29,556 bases of DNA from Candidatus Iainarchaeum sp. (GCA_016187745.1 JACPJC010000001.1:1-29556); one strand, 5' to 3'; shown: positions 8,287-16,825, numbered from the stretch's first letter. Program-made: numbers and translations. The notes: generated by a model from the letters alone, not told the origin.

Positions 8287-8358
8287 TGGGCCTGGGCGGA
8301 ATCGGACCGCCGAGCTCCGCCGTGTGAAGGCGACGTCATGCCATTAGACCACAAGCCC
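8287..8358 (-). tRNA. tRNA-Val(CAC), no intron
   Basis: Reverse complement GGGCTTGTGGTCTAATGGCATGACGTCGCCTTCACACGGCGGAGCTCGGCGGTCCGATTCCGCCCAGGCCCA folds as a cloverleaf; T loop reads TCCGATT. Confidence 0.92.
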
Positions 8359-8376
8359 AAATGCGCAATAGAATAA

Positions 8377-8568
8377 TTATGAGTGAATTCTTATAAAATG
8401 CTCTATGCTCCGGTCGTAAGTTTTCTCAGCCCGCGCATCAAAGCAGCATGCGGGAAGTTCCTCATTGCGCAAGTGGTATGCAATGCACTCGCAGCACATC
8501 CCCTTGCGCGCGCACGGCTCATAAGTGCAGGGGCACTTGCCTGAATTGGTTGTTTTCTTGCATTCCAT
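8377..8568 (-). CDS. Small Cys-rich protein, DUF6485-like
   Basis: [21 protein letters not shown]...LPACCF...YDRS pattern. Confidence 0.8.
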   Translation of the reverse strand: MECKKTTNSGKCPCTYEPCARKGMCCECIAYHLRNEELPACCFDARAEKTYDRSIEHFIRIHS

Positions 8569-8640
8569 CGCAATTGCCTAGGAATATTCATTTCGGAAAG
8601 ATTTAAAAGGATAAAAATCCAAATATATCCGGGTTTGCAA

Positions 8641-8874
8641 ATGGCCGTATTACTATTCAAGAAATTCAGAACTGCTGCGAGGAATCTCAGAATTAATTGG
8701 CAGTTTCGGCGCAAAAGCACAAAAGAGCTGCAAAAAGAATTGGAAAACCTTACAGCCAGGATGCAGGGCTATAAAGCCCGCAACAGGGCAGGAATGCAGT
8801 CAAAACTGCTAAAGCAGGAAGCTTTAATCATAGAAGCCCTGCACCAGCGTGGTGCAAAATTGGATAATCAATGA
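8641..8874 (+). CDS. Small basic hypothetical protein
   Basis: Fills the gap on the + strand; TATA-like TTTAAAA upstream; no family recognised. Confidence 0.5.
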   Translation: MAVLLFKKFRTAARNLRINWQFRRKSTKELQKELENLTARMQGYKARNRAGMQSKLLKQEALIIEALHQRGAKLDNQ

Positions 8875-8946
8875 TGCCCACGGAAGCAGGCAAACCTCGG
8901 CAAGGAAAATATTAAATTCGGGAAGCCCCAAAGTATATCTGATCTT

Positions 8947-10437
8947 ATGGTAAGAAGAATAAGGTTCGTGCGCACCCTTGGGCTTTTTGATGCTGTAATG
9001 CTCGGGGTGGGCTTCATAATTGGCAGCGGAATTTACATAATGCCGCTGCTTGCCGCTCAACAGGCAGGCCCGCTTTCAATATTCGCATGGATTATCGGGG
9101 GAATTTTCTCAATTCTAACAGGGCTCTGCTTTGCTGAATGCGCAATGCATCTCCCCAAAGCCGGGGGATTGTATACTTTCACGCACAAGGCTTTTGGCAA
9201 TTTCAAGGGCTTCATTGCGGGCTATAGCTTCTGGATCGGCTATATAATTACAATTGCAACAGAAATTTTCGCGCTTTCGTGGTATATGCAGTTTTTCGTT
9301 CCCTTCCCGGAATTATGGCGCCTGCTGATTGCAGGCGTTTTTTGCGCGCTGTTCACATACATAAATTACAGGGGCGTAAAACTTGGCGCGGAAATTGACG
9401 ACATATTCACAGTAGGGAAGATGGTTCCATTAATCCTGCTGATTCTTGTCGGGATTTTCTTTTTCAATCCCGGGAATTTCCTCCTGCCGGCAACAAATGC
9501 AGGCGCGCTGGCAAACCCCCTGCAGGGATTCATGCTTGCAATTCTGCTTGCGCTCTGGGCATATCTCGGGGCGGAAATAATTACGGTTCCCGAGGAGGAA
9601 ATAAAGAATGCGCGGAAAACAGTCCCAAAGGCTGTAATTGTTGCAGCGCTTACTGCAATGGCAATCTATGTGCTTGTCGCATTTGTCTCAATGGGCGCGG
9701 TGGACTGGCACAACTTCCAGAATTCCCAGGCTCCGCTCGCGGATATTGCAAACTCCCTTTTCAACGGCTTCGGGGCAATACTCGCACTCGGGGGGCTGAT
9801 TTCAATCCTGGGGGCATTAAATGCGGTAATTCTCGCTTCCGCGCGCATCTCATATGCGATGGCCTCGGACAACCTGTTCCCGAAAGCATTTATGCATCTG
9901 CACAAAGCGCATAAAACCCCCGACAGGGCGCTGATTCTGCATTTCATTATTGCGATTGCGCTTGTGTTTGCCGTGCAGAGCTTTACAGCGCTTGCAGGAT
10001 TGGCGGTTTTGTTCACGCTTATCCCCTATTTGTTCACGTGCGCATCAACACTGAAGCTCCAGCGCAAGCACGGAATTAAGCACATACTGCGCACTCCAAT
10101 AATACCCCTCATTGCAATAATTGCGTGCATAATCCTCATTGCATATTCCCTTGCGCAGAATTTGCTTGCCCCGCTTGCAATCATTGCAGCAGGCTTGCTG
10201 ATTTACTTTGCAATAACGCGCAGGCTGCTGAGGAATTCCGAGCTGCTCAAAATTGAGAATGATGTAAGGGGCATTGAGCATAAGGCGCTCCAGGAATTCT
10301 CGGGAATTGAGCGCATTGCTCTGGAAGTGGAGCGCAAGGCGGAGGAAGATGCAGTTAAAATTGAGAATAAACTGGGGATGCGCAGGCAGGTTGAAAGGGA
10401 GCTTGAGGAAACCTTCAGGAAGAAGAAAAAGAAATAA
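8947..10437 (+). CDS. APC family amino acid permease with charged C-terminal tail
   Basis: IIGSGIY (TM1), PKAGGLY, AYLGAE (TM6), about 12 hydrophobic helices. Confidence 0.92.
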   Translation: MVRRIRFVRTLGLFDAVMLGVGFIIGSGIYIMPLLAAQQAGPLSIFAWIIGGIFSILTGLCFAECAMHLPKAGGLYTFTHKAFGNFKGFIAGYSFWIGYIITIATEIFALSWYMQFFVPFPELWRLLIAGVFCALFTYINYRGVKLGAEIDDIFTVGKMVPLILLILVGIFFFNPGNFLLPATNAGALANPLQGFMLAILLALWAYLGAEIITVPEEEIKNARKTVPKAVIVAALTAMAIYVLVAFVSMGAVDWHNFQNSQAPLADIANSLFNGFGAILALGGLISILGALNAVILASARISYAMASDNLFPKAFMHLHKAHKTPDRALILHFIIAIALVFAVQSFTALAGLAVLFTLIPYLFTCASTLKLQRKHGIKHILRTPIIPLIAIIACIILIAYSLAQNLLAPLAIIAAGLLIYFAITRRLLRNSELLKIENDVRGIEHKALQEFSGIERIALEVERKAEEDAVKIENKLGMRRQVERELEETFRKKKKK

Positions 10438-10459
10438 TAAGGAAATCTGAATTTCTCTA

Positions 10460-10894
10460 TTAGACTATAATTCTTTTTATTTTCCCTATGGCCTTTTCTG
10501 TTCTGTCATATAATTCAGCAAGGTTGTGCTCAAACTTTACCCTTGTCACATTGTACTGCACTTCCTGCCTTATCCCGCGAAGCAGGTCAAAAAGCGACAA
10601 GTCATCAGAGTTGAGCAGCCCTTTCTTCTCATACTTCTCTTCAATATATTTCTGCAGGCAGTAATGGCTCTTTTCCTTTATGCCGTCAAAATAAAGCAGG
10701 GCTCTTGCCGCATGAAAAATCGCATTGTACATGGCAATTGAAGCCATTTCCTTCTTTTTGATATTTATCAAATCAAATGCTTCATTCAGGAAAAATTCCG
10801 CCTGGTTCATGTCCTGCAATGCCAGGCTCTTGCTTTTGGTTATTCTCTTAAGCAGGCCCTTCTCAAAACATTCGTCAACCTCACTCAATGCCAT
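10460..10894 (-). CDS. HEPN domain protein (toxin-like), module 1
   Basis: YNAIFHAARALL...KSH...RQEVQY, archaeal HEPN family; overlaps the MNT gene. Confidence 0.85.
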   Translation of the reverse strand: MALSEVDECFEKGLLKRITKSKSLALQDMNQAEFFLNEAFDLINIKKKEMASIAMYNAIFHAARALLYFDGIKEKSHYCLQKYIEEKYEKKGLLNSDDLSLFDLLRGIRQEVQYNVTRVKFEHNLAELYDRTEKAIGKIKRIIV

Positions 10895-11438
10895 CGCCCC
10901 ATAAAATAATTGATTTGTTCTTTATTTGGCTTAACAATTCAATATTCTCTTTTTCCATGCTTCTGACCTTCTGCCCTGTCAATATTATTAACTGTATTTC
11001 TTTTTTTAATTCATTGCTGAGCTCCCTTTTAATGCCGCTTAGTTTGAGCATATCCTGCTTGCTTTCAAGAAGGATAGCAAGATCAATGTCGCTATCGCCT
11101 GTAATTTTCCCGCTGGCTGCAGTGCCAAACAAATATATGCCTTTTGGATCCAGCTTAATCAGCTTTGCAAATGCTTTGCAGCACATTATCTTATTAATGA
11201 AAATTATGCTGACGCATTTTGCTGCCACCGGCGAGCTGTAATTCAATTCAAAAAGCACCTTGTTTTTCTGGCTTCCCGTTAAAACAATCCTTCGCTCAGC
11301 AAGTTTTTTCATTATTTTGTGCACACTGCTTGGCGCCAGGCCAGTTTTTTCGGCTAGCTCCCTCAGATAATATTTTCTTTCCAAAAGCGCCTCCAAAAGC
11401 AAAAAAGCGTTTTTATCCAGAAAATCCACGCCGCTCAT
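10881..11438 (-). CDS. HTH + minimal nucleotidyltransferase (MNT antitoxin), module 1
   Basis: YLRELAEKTGLAPSSVH HTH; LFGTAASG...SDIDL nucleotidyltransferase motif. Confidence 0.88.
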   Translation of the reverse strand: MSGVDFLDKNAFLLLEALLERKYYLRELAEKTGLAPSSVHKIMKKLAERRIVLTGSQKNKVLFELNYSSPVAAKCVSIIFINKIMCCKAFAKLIKLDPKGIYLFGTAASGKITGDSDIDLAILLESKQDMLKLSGIKRELSNELKKEIQLIILTGQKVRSMEKENIELLSQIKNKSIILWGDGIE

Positions 11439-11451
11439 AATAACATATCAA

Positions 11452-11491
11452 TCGTTCACATATAAAAACATTTCGTTCACACAAGAAAACA
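11452..11491. promoter_or_regulatory. Tandem 19-bp operator-like repeats over the module 1 promoter
   Basis: TCGTTCACATATAAAAACA (11452..11470) and TCGTTCACACAAGAAAACA (11473..11491), 21-bp period, overlapping a minus-strand TTTTTATA box. Confidence 0.65.
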
Positions 11492-11519
11492 ACTTATTCA
11501 CTCCGTATTGGAAGACAAG

Positions 11520-11624
11520 TGCACGGGGGCGGATTCGAACCGCCGAACGCACTAAGCGACTGGGTTTCCTAGTTGAAGATTAAACCCCTAGGCCCAGTGG
11601 ATTTGGCCGCTTTCCTACCCGTGC
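11520..11624 (-). tRNA. tRNA-Leu(TAG) with 21-nt intron at 37/38 (11566..11586)
   Basis: Acceptor GCACGGG/CCCGTGC-A; stem CTGGG/CCCAG; loop CC-TAG-G|GGTTTAATCTTCAACTAGGAA|A; canonical BHB (CCTA/TAGG helix, two 3-nt bulges, GTT/AAC); long variable arm; A73. Confidence 0.92.
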
Positions 11625-11684
11625 ATATAAAATAATTACAACAAGCAGCATTTAAATAAATGTCCGTATTTGTTCATATGCATT

Positions 11685-12512
11685 ATGGAAAGCCGGGAAA
11701 AAAAGCTCAAGCTGCTTGAAAAAAATCTGCGGGAAATGCGGAGCGTTTTAATCGCCTTTTCGGGGGGAGTGGACAGCACTTTCCTGCTAAAGGTCGCGCA
11801 TGATGTTCTGGGAAAAAACGCAGTTGCAGTTACCGCCGCTTCGGAAACCTACACAAAATCAGAATTAAGCGATGCAAAAAGCCTTGCAAAGCGGATTGGC
11901 GCAGGGCACATCGTAATTAAAACAAGCGAGCTCAGCATAAAAGGCTTCGCGGAAAACACTGCGGAAAGGTGCTATTTCTGCAAGAGGGAACTGTTCTCAA
12001 AGCTTGCTGAAATTGCAAAGGCAAACAAAATCAATTTTGTCCTTGACGCGTCAAACTATGATGATTTGGATGACTACAGGCCGGGAATGAAGGCTGCAAG
12101 GGAGCTTGGCATAAGAAGCCCCCTGGTTGAAGCAGGGCTGGCAAAGCAGGACATAAGGGGGCTTTCCAGGCGGCTTAAGCTTCCGACATGGGACAAGCCC
12201 TCAATGGCCTGCCTCTCATCAAGATTTCCATACGGCAGTGAAATTAATGCAAGAAAGCTCGGGATGGTTGAGAAGGCGGAGGAGATTTTAAGAAGGATCG
12301 GGCTGAAGCAAGTTAGGGTCAGGCACCATAATGAGATTGCAAGGATTGAAACAGGCAGGCAGGAAATGAAACTGCTTCTGAATCCCCAATCGCTTGAAAA
12401 AGTCGTAAAAGAATTCAAAAAGCTCGGCTTTGCATACGTTACGCTTGATTTGCAGGGCTACAGGAGCGGCAGCATGAACGAAGTCCTGGAGGCTGGGAAA
12501 AATGGGCCCTGA
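11685..12512 (+). CDS. larE: LarE, ATP-dependent sulfur insertase for the nickel-pincer nucleotide cofactor
   Basis: PP-loop AFSGGVDS, RCYFCK, DDYRPG, KPSMACLSSRFPYG, LDLQGYRSGSMN; first in-frame ATG at 11685. Confidence 0.93.
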   Translation: MESREKKLKLLEKNLREMRSVLIAFSGGVDSTFLLKVAHDVLGKNAVAVTAASETYTKSELSDAKSLAKRIGAGHIVIKTSELSIKGFAENTAERCYFCKRELFSKLAEIAKANKINFVLDASNYDDLDDYRPGMKAARELGIRSPLVEAGLAKQDIRGLSRRLKLPTWDKPSMACLSSRFPYGSEINARKLGMVEKAEEILRRIGLKQVRVRHHNEIARIETGRQEMKLLLNPQSLEKVVKEFKKLGFAYVTLDLQGYRSGSMNEVLEAGKNGP

Positions 12513-13236
12513 TGACATCAGAAAATTATTGAAGGATTTGAGGGGCAAAAAACTGGGCATTGAAGGCGCAATGCAGAAACTGAAAGTTCTGCCTTTCGAG
12601 GATCTGGGGTTTGCAAAGATTGATAACCATCGCGCCATCAGGAGGGGCTTTCCCGAAGTGATTTTATGCAGCGGGAAAACAGAGAAACAGATACTCGGGA
12701 TAATAAGGAAAAGCGGCTGCTTTGTTGCAACAAAGGCGAGCAGGAGAATATTTGAGGAAATCAGGCGCTTCAGGAAGGACGCGGAATTCAATGAAGCTGC
12801 CGGAATGGTATTTTCAAAACAACAAAAGAGGAAAATCACGAAGCGGGAAAAAATTCTTGTTGTGAGCGCAGGCACCTCAGATATACCAATAGCAGAGGAA
12901 GCCGCAGTGACCGCGGAGCTTATGGGAAACAGTGTTGAAAGGCTTTATGATGTGGGAGTGGCAGGAATACACAGGCTGTTCGGCAATAAGGAAAAATTCT
13001 TCAGGGCAAATGTGATTGTTGTTGTTGCGGGGATGGAGGGCGCATTGGCAAGCGTTGTTTCAGGCATTACAGACAGGCCGATCATTGCAGTGCCCACAAG
13101 CGTTGGATATGGCGCAAGCTTCAAAGGGATAGCGCCATTGCTTACAATGCTCAATTCCTGCTCCCCCGGGATTGCTGTTGTGAATATAGACAACGGCTTC
13201 GGCGCAGGCTACATGGCAAGCCTGATAAATAAGTGA
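12502..13236 (+). CDS. larB: LarB, NaAD carboxylase/hydrolase (AIR carboxylase-like)
   Basis: RRGFPEV, SAGTSDIPIAEEA, DVGVAGIHRL, AGMEGAL, PTSVGYG, MLNSCSPG, VVNIDNGFGA. Confidence 0.95.
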   Translation: MGPDDIRKLLKDLRGKKLGIEGAMQKLKVLPFEDLGFAKIDNHRAIRRGFPEVILCSGKTEKQILGIIRKSGCFVATKASRRIFEEIRRFRKDAEFNEAAGMVFSKQQKRKITKREKILVVSAGTSDIPIAEEAAVTAELMGNSVERLYDVGVAGIHRLFGNKEKFFRANVIVVVAGMEGALASVVSGITDRPIIAVPTSVGYGASFKGIAPLLTMLNSCSPGIAVVNIDNGFGAGYMASLINK

Positions 13237-13248
13237 GAAAGTGAGAGC

Positions 13249-14406
13249 ATGAAAATCGCATATCTTGACTGCTTTTCTGGGATTTCCGGGGACATGTTCC
13301 TGGGGGCGATGATTGATGCGGGCCTGGATCTGAATGAATTGAAGCGCGAGCTGAAGAAACTGAATCTTAAAAATTATGAAATAAAAACAAAAAAGGCAAA
13401 AAAGAACGGAATCCTTGCAACAAAATTCGATGTGATTGCAAAGGGCAGGCAGCACGGTGCAAGCCTCAGGAAAATAATGGCCCTTATAAATAAGAGCAGG
13501 CTTGGGGAGGATGTGAAGGAAAAGAGCAGGGAAATCTTCATGCGCATTGCAAAGGCCGAAGCGAAAGTCCACGGAACTGCCTTGAGCAAAATCCATTTTC
13601 ATGAGATTGCAGCAATTGATTCAATAATTGACATTGCCGGCGCGGCAATTGCAGTAAAACTGCTAGGGCTTGAGAGGATTTATGCATCTCCCCCTTCCAT
13701 TGGCTCAGGGTTTGTGAAATGCGCGCACGGGATTCTTCCAGTCCCGGGGCCTGCAACAGCCGAGCTGCTGAAAGGAATTCCTCTTGCTTCGGGCTCAGCG
13801 CGCGCAGAGCTTGTTACTCCGACAGGAGCTGCACTGCTTGCAGCGCTTGCAAGCAAATTCGGAGAAATGCCATTAATGAAAATTAAGAGCATTGGCTATG
13901 GGGCGGGCAGGGCTGAATTGGAGCATCCGAATGTGCTGAGGGTTTTTATTGGAGAAGCGGATTCCGAAGGTGAATATGAAAATATAAAACTGATTGAAAC
14001 AAACATAGATGACATGAATCCCGAGATTTATGATTATGCGATGGAGCGGCTTTTCAGTAAGGGCGCGCTTGATGTTTTTCTAACCCCAATATATATGAAA
14101 AAGAGCAGGCCTGCAGTTAAGTTGAGCGTTCTTGCAGATGCAAACAAACTTGATGATATTGTTGAAACGATATTCAATGAAACATCAACATTCGGCGTAA
14201 GGATAAGCGATGTCAAGCGGAGAAAACTTAACAGGGAAATTATAAGCGTTAAAACCAGATATGGCGCAATCAGGATAAAAGTTGGAAGCATGAATGGGAA
14301 AATAAAGGGCATTTCCCCGGAATATGAGGACTGCAAGCGCGCAGCAATCAAACACAACGTGCCTTTAAAGGCGGTATATGATGAAGCAAAGGGGAAATTA
14401 CTTTAA
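13249..14406 (+). CDS. larC: LarC, nickel insertase (single uninterrupted ORF)
   Basis: YLDCFSGISGDMFLGA, HFHEI, AHGILPVPGPAT, ELVTPTGAA, ETNIDDM, MKKSRPA, PEYEDC. Confidence 0.95.
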   Translation: MKIAYLDCFSGISGDMFLGAMIDAGLDLNELKRELKKLNLKNYEIKTKKAKKNGILATKFDVIAKGRQHGASLRKIMALINKSRLGEDVKEKSREIFMRIAKAEAKVHGTALSKIHFHEIAAIDSIIDIAGAAIAVKLLGLERIYASPPSIGSGFVKCAHGILPVPGPATAELLKGIPLASGSARAELVTPTGAALLAALASKFGEMPLMKIKSIGYGAGRAELEHPNVLRVFIGEADSEGEYENIKLIETNIDDMNPEIYDYAMERLFSKGALDVFLTPIYMKKSRPAVKLSVLADANKLDDIVETIFNETSTFGVRISDVKRRKLNREIISVKTRYGAIRIKVGSMNGKIKGISPEYEDCKRAAIKHNVPLKAVYDEAKGKLL

Positions 14407-14919
14407 GAATAGCTTTTTGTAGTTGAATTTCGCAAGTTCCTTTTCAATGCCCCCATAGTTCTTTCCGCAGAGCATGCCGCCCGCAATGAATTCCTCCTGA
14501 GTAACTTCAGCCAGGCAGAATTCAGGCATCCTGAATTTTTGCTTTTCTTCCGCGCTTTCAAATTCAAAATCCACAAGCACCAATCCCTCCAGCGCATCCT
14601 TGAAAACATCAATTTCCGCGGTCCTGCCGTTGCAATTGTAATAATAGCGGAGCTTTCTTATTCTTCTTCCATCAATTCCTGAAAACGCAGCAAATTCCTC
14701 TGCATCCAGTTGGATTGTGTGCTCGTGCAGCTCTGAGGAGTCGCCCTCCGCTACGGGGTATTTTTTCGTAATTTCAAATTTCTCCCCGAGTTTCCTTATC
14801 CTGAGCGTCGGATGCCTCTCCCCCTTTGGAATGTAAATGTCAATTATTTCCATGCTGCGCGCATTTTTCAGCCCCTCAGGAAGGGACTTTGCAAGATATG
14901 TTCTCTCAAGCTCAATCAT
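14398..14919 (-). CDS. CYTH domain protein (triphosphate tunnel metalloenzyme)
   Basis: MIELERTYL (ExExK/R), LRIRK, IRKLRY, EIDVF, LVDFEF; start set at ATG 14919. Confidence 0.88.
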   Translation of the reverse strand: MIELERTYLAKSLPEGLKNARSMEIIDIYIPKGERHPTLRIRKLGEKFEITKKYPVAEGDSSELHEHTIQLDAEEFAAFSGIDGRRIRKLRYYYNCNGRTAEIDVFKDALEGLVLVDFEFESAEEKQKFRMPEFCLAEVTQEEFIAGGMLCGKNYGGIEKELAKFNYKKLFLK

Positions 14920-14971
14920 AATCAGATTCCCTGCAAAACAGATTAAATAACTAACACCTATAAGTAGTATA

Positions 14972-15032
14972 GGCGATGATGAGGTTAACACCTGCTGAAT
15001 CCCAATATGTTGATTCAACTCAACCCTGAGCC
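14972..15032 (+). ncRNA. Box C/D guide sRNA (2'-O-methylation guide)
   Basis: GGC-G-[C: ATGATGA]-12 nt-[D': CTGA]-8 nt-[C': ATGTTGA]-12 nt-[D: CTGA]-GCC; GGC/GCC terminal stem; intergenic; TATA-like TTAAATA about 25 nt upstream. Confidence 0.85.
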
Positions 15033-15084
15033 GCTTCAAATAAATTTATTAAGCCGTTGATGTCCAAACTATTTGAGGGAAGAA

Positions 15085-16359
15085 ATGCTCCAGAAATGCA
15101 TTGATTGCGGAAAGGAATTTCCGGTAAATGAAGTGAGATATGAATGCGGATGCTCCGGGCTGCTTGAAATTGTGCAGGATCTGAAGGCCGCAAAAAAAGC
15201 TGTTTCTAAAAAATTGTTTGAGGGCAGGATGGGCTCAAGGGAATATCCCTACGGAAGCGGGGTATGGAGATACAAGGAACTGATACATCCGCTCATCCCT
15301 GATGAAAAGATTGTCAGCATATGGGAAGGGAATACTGGCATTCATTTCGGCGAGCCCTTAAGGGGATATGTTGGTTTAGGGAATTTTTTTGTAAAGGCGC
15401 AGGGGGAAAATCCCACAGGCAGCTTCAAGGACAACGGGATGACTGTTGCGATTTCGCAGGCGAATTTTTTGGGATTGAGGAAGGTTGCGTGCGCCTCCAC
15501 AGGAAACACCTCCGCCTCAATGGCTGCCTATTGCGCAATTGAAAAAATGAACGGGATTGTTTTCGTTCCCAAGGGGAATATTGCAATGGGAAAGCTCTCG
15601 CAGGCGCTTGCATACGGAGTGAAAACCCTGCAGGTGGAGGGCAATTTTGATGAGGCCTTGAAATTTGTTAGGGCAAATTCCCTGAAATTGGGGATGTATC
15701 TTGTGAATTCAATAAACCCCTTCAGGATAGAGGGCCAGAAATCAATCGCATTTGAAATGGCGCAGCAAATGGGCTGGAAGGCCCCGGATTGGGTCATCAT
15801 GCCCGGGGGCAATTTAGGGAACGCTTCAGCAATAGGAAAAGGCTTCAGGGAACTAAATGAAATAGGATTCGTTGAGAAAATCCCTAGAATTGCGGTTGTG
15901 CAGTCAAAGGGCGCAAATCCTTTCTGCAGGCTCTGGAAGGAGGGGCTTGATTCCCTCATTCCTGTTAATGAGCCTCATACGATTGCCTCTGCAGTAAAGA
16001 TAGGCAACCCTGTCTCCTGGAAAAAGGCGCTGAGGGAAGTGCAAGCATCAAAAGGTGTTGTTGAGGAGGTTTCAGACCAGGAGATAATGGATGCGAAGGC
16101 AATAGTTGATTCAACAGGAATAGGCTGCGAGCCTGCCTCCGCATGCTCCGTAGCAGGAGCAAAAAAGCTTGTTGAAAACGGAATAATAAAATCGCACGAA
16201 GTTGTTGTTGGCCTTCTCACAGGCAACATACTGAAAGACCCCGATGCTACAATAAACTATCACTTAAACAAGCTTGAAGGTATAACCCCGAAATTCCAGA
16301 ACAGGCCGGTTGAAGTCGGGCTTGATTTTGGGCAGATAAAAAAGGCGATTGAGGGCTGA
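15085..16359 (+). CDS. thrC: Threonine synthase
   Basis: NPTGSFKDNG (PLP lysine), CASTGNTSAS, NSINPFRIEGQKS, PGGNLGN, LTGNILKDP; N-terminal Zn-ribbon; GAGG upstream of ATG 15085. Confidence 0.94.
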   Translation: MLQKCIDCGKEFPVNEVRYECGCSGLLEIVQDLKAAKKAVSKKLFEGRMGSREYPYGSGVWRYKELIHPLIPDEKIVSIWEGNTGIHFGEPLRGYVGLGNFFVKAQGENPTGSFKDNGMTVAISQANFLGLRKVACASTGNTSASMAAYCAIEKMNGIVFVPKGNIAMGKLSQALAYGVKTLQVEGNFDEALKFVRANSLKLGMYLVNSINPFRIEGQKSIAFEMAQQMGWKAPDWVIMPGGNLGNASAIGKGFRELNEIGFVEKIPRIAVVQSKGANPFCRLWKEGLDSLIPVNEPHTIASAVKIGNPVSWKKALREVQASKGVVEEVSDQEIMDAKAIVDSTGIGCEPASACSVAGAKKLVENGIIKSHEVVVGLLTGNILKDPDATINYHLNKLEGITPKFQNRPVEVGLDFGQIKKAIEG

Positions 16360-16436
16360 GCGCAGCAGTGCATTAACAGAAGATATTTAAATTCGCACAG
16401 CGGGAATTATATTATACGCCTGCAGGAATTGAAAAA

Positions 16437-16751
16437 ATGCCATTAAAGCCTTTTTGGGAAAAAATAATAAGGTTCAGGAGAAAAGCCAGATATGTCGCGG
16501 ACTTGCAACAGAACCACGAGGTAGATCTTTTTACCGAGACCTTGAAAGAATGGACAAAAGCAGGAAAGAAAGGGCTTGACTGGCCAAAATTTAATGAGCT
16601 CAGGAAATTACAAAAACAAATAGCACCACTGCTTCCAAAAGCCGCACTGCTTGAAGTTGATAAACTTTACGAGAACTATAAAGAAAGCAAGCCTAGCATC
16701 GATTTTCAAACATATGTACAAAACCTTGTTACTCAGAAAAAGCGCATATAA
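16437..16751 (+). CDS. Small basic hypothetical protein
   Basis: Clean ORF in the gap with AGGA upstream; no family recognised. Confidence 0.6.
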   Translation: MPLKPFWEKIIRFRRKARYVADLQQNHEVDLFTETLKEWTKAGKKGLDWPKFNELRKLQKQIAPLLPKAALLEVDKLYENYKESKPSIDFQTYVQNLVTQKKRI

Positions 16752-16825
16752 CGACAAATAAATTTATTAATCCCGGCGCCTTTATCTTACTGGCATTTGA
16801 TTGATTAAATTGCGGGGTGATAATA

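Noticed and set aside
8641-8874. Ribosomal protein L29 resemblance (KSTKELQKELENL)
   Set aside because: No conserved L29 C-terminal IAR motif and no ribosomal operon context.
11561-11600. Reading the tRNA as Ser or as a CTA amber suppressor via a non-canonical intron
   Set aside because: A canonical 37/38 BHB, A73 and Leu-type acceptor and variable arm support Leu(TAG).
8287-11624. Integrated element between tRNA-Val and tRNA-Leu
   Set aside because: No integrase and no duplicated tRNA end (att site) found.
14968-15035. Fluoride riboswitch (starts TATAGGCGATG)
   Set aside because: Lacks the TTCGCC pairing strand and pseudoknot; box C/D architecture explains the sequence fully.
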